Source: Actinomycetes bacterium (lineage in GTDB: Bacteria > Actinomycetota > CADDZG01 > JAHWKV01). Taken from it: a DNA stretch of 39,892 nucleotides. The DNA lies in contig JAJCYF010000057.1 in assembly GCA_029263035.1 (NCBI GenBank), forward strand, positions 1 to 39,892. The letters are read 5' to 3'. This document shows, in pieces, positions 37,292 to 39,892 of this stretch. The translations under genes were made by a program, and so were the position numbers. The notes beneath the pieces were generated by a model that ran no database searches, was not told the DNA's origin, and saw only the letters and a list, made by a program, of their open reading frames with translations. The first letter of the stretch is position 1. Every line of letters starts with the position of its first letter.

Positions 37292-38239
37292 ATGGACATA
37301 GGCGTCTTCATCGCGGCCGAGCCGCACGAGCGGGGTCCGGCCGAGGACCTGCACGAGATGATCGACCTGGCCCAGGCGGTCGAGGAGCTCGGCTACCGAT
37401 CGCTGTACACCGCATCCCGCCACTTCTCCTCCGGCTACGCCGCGGTGCCCTCCCCACTGGTGCTGTTCGCCGCAGTCGCCGAGCGGACCACCACCCTGGA
37501 GTTCGGCCCCTCGGTGATCACCCTTCCTTTGGAGAACCTGCACCGTCTGGCAGAGGACTTCGCCACGCTGGACGCGATCTCCGGGGGCCGCGCCATCCTG
37601 GGGGTGGGAAGCGGGGACGACCCGCCGGCCTTCGAGGCGATGGGGGTCGAGTTCGACGAGCGCGCCGGGATGCTCTCGCAGAACATCGGCGGATTCCTGG
37701 AGATCCTGCAGGGCGGCGATGCCGGGGCGGGCCTCACGCTCTACCCGCCCATCGACAACCCCCTGGACAAGGTGGCGCTGGGTGCGCAGTCGGCGCGGGG
37801 TGCGTCGTGGGCGGCGTCGTTGGGCATCGGCCTGCAGCAGGGCCGCTCCGAGCCCAACAGCTGGGACCCGACGGTCTCCCAGGTCCGGGCCGCCGAGGCC
37901 TACCGGGCGGTCCACCCCAACGGCCGCATCTCCACCGCCCGCAACGCCTGGATCGGCTCTCCCGACGACCCCGATTTGTGGGAGGGCATCCGCCGACACG
38001 ATGAGTTTCTCAAGGCCCGGGGACGCGCCGGGCTCCCGGAGGATCGCACAGAGGCCCTTCGCAAGATGAACATCCGGACCGGTACACCGGAGGGTCTGGC
38101 CATCGACCTCAAGGGAGCGGTGGCCTCCATCAAGCCCGATGAGCTGTTGATCACCGCCGACCCGGGCGGCCTGGAGGCATCGGACCGGCTGAAGCGCCTG
38201 ACCGCCCTGGCAGAGGCCTTCGGTCTCGGAGACCGCTAG
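37292..38239 (+). CDS. LLM-class flavin-dependent oxidoreductase
   Basis: AVEELGY, SRHF, PSPLVL, RLAEDFATLDAISGGR, LGVGSG; TACGAT -10 lies 7 nt before the ATG. Confidence 0.88.
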   Translation: MDIGVFIAAEPHERGPAEDLHEMIDLAQAVEELGYRSLYTASRHFSSGYAAVPSPLVLFAAVAERTTTLEFGPSVITLPLENLHRLAEDFATLDAISGGRAILGVGSGDDPPAFEAMGVEFDERAGMLSQNIGGFLEILQGGDAGAGLTLYPPIDNPLDKVALGAQSARGASWAASLGIGLQQGRSEPNSWDPTVSQVRAAEAYRAVHPNGRISTARNAWIGSPDDPDLWEGIRRHDEFLKARGRAGLPEDRTEALRKMNIRTGTPEGLAIDLKGAVASIKPDELLITADPGGLEASDRLKRLTALAEAFGLGDR

Positions 38240-38241
38240 CA

Positions 38242-38541
38242 GTGGCGGTTTCGCCGCTTGCGCCGATCAAAACCGACGACCCCTCCAACGAGGAGGACAT
38301 CAAGCCGGACCGGCCGTGGATCGTGCTGGTCTGGAATGACCCCATCAACCTGATGTCCTACGTGACGATGGTCTTCCAGAAGCTGTTCGGCTACTCGCTG
38401 GAGAAGGCGACCGCGCTGATGCTCGACGTCCACCAGAAAGGCCGGGCGGTGGTCAGCAGCGGCCCCCGTGAGAAGGCGGAGTTCGACGTTTCAAGGCTGC
38501 ACGCCCACGGCCTGTGGGCCACCATGCAGCACGATGTCTGA
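38242..38541 (+). CDS. clpS: ATP-dependent Clp protease adaptor
   Basis: VWNDPINLMSYV, LMLDVHQKG, GLWAT. Confidence 0.94.
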   Translation: MAVSPLAPIKTDDPSNEEDIKPDRPWIVLVWNDPINLMSYVTMVFQKLFGYSLEKATALMLDVHQKGRAVVSSGPREKAEFDVSRLHAHGLWATMQHDV

Positions 38542-39031
38542 GGCCGAGCCGGAGTACCCCGAGCCCCGTCCCCGGATCTCCCGAAAGGGCGCCGGTCGCT
38601 TTGCGCTTGAGATCCCCAAGGAGGAGCGGCTGCTGCTCCGGAATTTGCTGCCCGACCTGGGGCATATGGTCGAAACCCGGGACCCGGACACCAAGCGGCT
38701 GTTCCCCACGGCCTACCACGACGACCCGGACAAGGAAGCCGAGTACCAGGGCCTGATGGCGAACGACCTGGCCGCCGGCCGCCTGGCGGCCATCAAGACG
38801 GTTGAGGAGACCATCGATCAACCGGAGATCGAACTGTCCCAGCTTGAGTGCTGGATGGAGGCGGTCAACAGCTTGCGCCTGGTGCTGGGCACCCGCCTGG
38901 AGGTCGGTGAGGATCTGCCCCTGCTGGACCACGATGACCCCGACGCCCCCGCCTACGCGGTGTACGAATACCTGGGCTGGCTCATGGAGCAGGCGGTGCG
39001 GGCGATGAGTGAGGATCTGGCGCAGTCCTAG
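38534..39031 (+). CDS. DUF2017-family protein
   Basis: RLFPTAY, NSLRLVLGTRL, VYEYLGWL; conserved partner downstream of clpS. Confidence 0.88.
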   Translation: MSEAEPEYPEPRPRISRKGAGRFALEIPKEERLLLRNLLPDLGHMVETRDPDTKRLFPTAYHDDPDKEAEYQGLMANDLAAGRLAAIKTVEETIDQPEIELSQLECWMEAVNSLRLVLGTRLEVGEDLPLLDHDDPDAPAYAVYEYLGWLMEQAVRAMSEDLAQS

Positions 39032-39068
39032 GGATCGCCTTTTCTTCCGGCGGCGCTACACTTGTAAA

Positions 39069-39089
39069 GTTGACTGAAACACGCTCAAC
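39069..39089. promoter_or_regulatory. HAIR (HspR operator) upstream of dnaK
   Basis: GTTGACT-N7-GCTCAAC versus consensus CTTGAGT-N7-ACTCAAG, inside a longer inverted repeat. Confidence 0.7.
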
Positions 39090-39185
39090 TTTTACTATCG
39101 AAAGTAACTAAGGTCTGGAATACCTCACGGGAGCCGAGCGTTGATGCTCTCAGAAATCAAGTAAAGCAAGGGAAAGGAAACACGT

Positions 39186-39892
39186 ATGCCAAAGGCAGTC
39201 GGAATTGACCTGGGGACCACCAACTCTGTGGTGAGCGTCCTCGAGGGAGGGGAGTCGGTAGTCATCCCCAACGCCGAGGGCCATCGCACCACGCCGTCGG
39301 TTGTGGCGTTCACCAAGTCGGGAGAGATCCTGGTAGGTGAGGTGGCGAAGCGGCAGGCAATCACCAACCCCGATCGCACCATCCGCTCCGTCAAGCGCCA
39401 CATGGGCAGCAGCTGGAGCACCAATGTCGACGGGAAGGCCTGGAAGCCGCAGGAGATCTCGGCCCAGATCCTCATGAAGCTGAAGAGGGACGCCGAGGCG
39501 TACCTGGGCGACAAGGTCACCCAGGCGGTCGTCACCGTTCCCGCCTACTTCGGTGACTCGCAGCGTCAGGCCACCAAGGAAGCCGGAGAGATCGCCGGCC
39601 TGGAGGTCCTGCGTCTGGTTGCCGAGCCCACCGCCGCATCGCTGGCCTACGGACTGGACAAGGAGGCCGAGCAGACCATCCTGGTGTTCGACCTGGGCGG
39701 CGGCACCTTCGACGTCTCCATCCTGGAGATCGCTGAGGGCGTGTTCGACGTTAAGGCCACCAATGGCGACGCCCTTCTGGGCGGAGACGACTGGGACCAG
39801 AAGATCTTCGACCACCTTATGAAGGAAGTGAAGAACAGCCACTGTGTGGACCTGTCCAAGGACCGCATGGCGCTGAAGCGTATGCAGGAGGC
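39186..39892 (+). CDS. dnaK: Molecular chaperone DnaK (5' part; runs off the window)
   Basis: [48 protein letters not shown]; no stop before the window end. Confidence 0.96.
   Translation, partial: MPKAVGIDLGTTNSVVSVLEGGESVVIPNAEGHRTTPSVVAFTKSGEILVGEVAKRQAITNPDRTIRSVKRHMGSSWSTNVDGKAWKPQEISAQILMKLKRDAEAYLGDKVTQAVVTVPAYFGDSQRQATKEAGEIAGLEVLRLVAEPTAASLAYGLDKEAEQTILVFDLGGGTFDVSILEIAEGVFDVKATNGDALLGGDDWDQKIFDHLMKEVKNSHCVDLSKDRMALKRMQE

Noticed and set aside
39125-39868. Minus-strand ORFs over the window end
   Set aside because: Antisense shadows of dnaK, which the ORF track omits because it has no stop in the window

Overview
High-GC Actinomycetota chromosome segment next to the replication origin. 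The backbone is parA-parB, a CwlM-like amidase, trxB, an rsmA/sigM-like ECF pair, a pseudokinase, murJ, DUF6049, CCA-adding enzyme, ino1/PadR, DUF5318, GT87, rpsF-ssb-rpsR-rplI-dnaB, then tRNA-Gly(CCC), dcd, clpS, DUF2017 and the 5' part of dnaK. Departures from the usual layout: no trxA beside trxB, an inserted amtB-glnK block without glnD, and ponA1 replaced by two degenerate complex-I-like membrane genes plus a GT-C protein. The most novel-looking signal is a tandem pair of putative minus-strand small RNAs at 33.5-33.8 kb. Each has a sigma28/WhiG-type promoter (TTAW-N15-GCCGATAW), the same 5' GCAACAA leader, a long stem and a shared CCCCCGCCYCCC loop. Also notable: a tandem two-domain protoglobin with an upstream Cys/Arg-rich uORF, a free-standing MurJ-linked pseudokinase, an SSB lacking its terminal Phe overlapping a CTG-start rpsR, a dnaB promoter with DnaA, NrdR-like and LexA boxes, a 13-bp-phased PadR operator array, a low-GC hicB-hicA-TM islet and several tandem repeats. 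All calls come from reading motifs by eye; no database searches were run.
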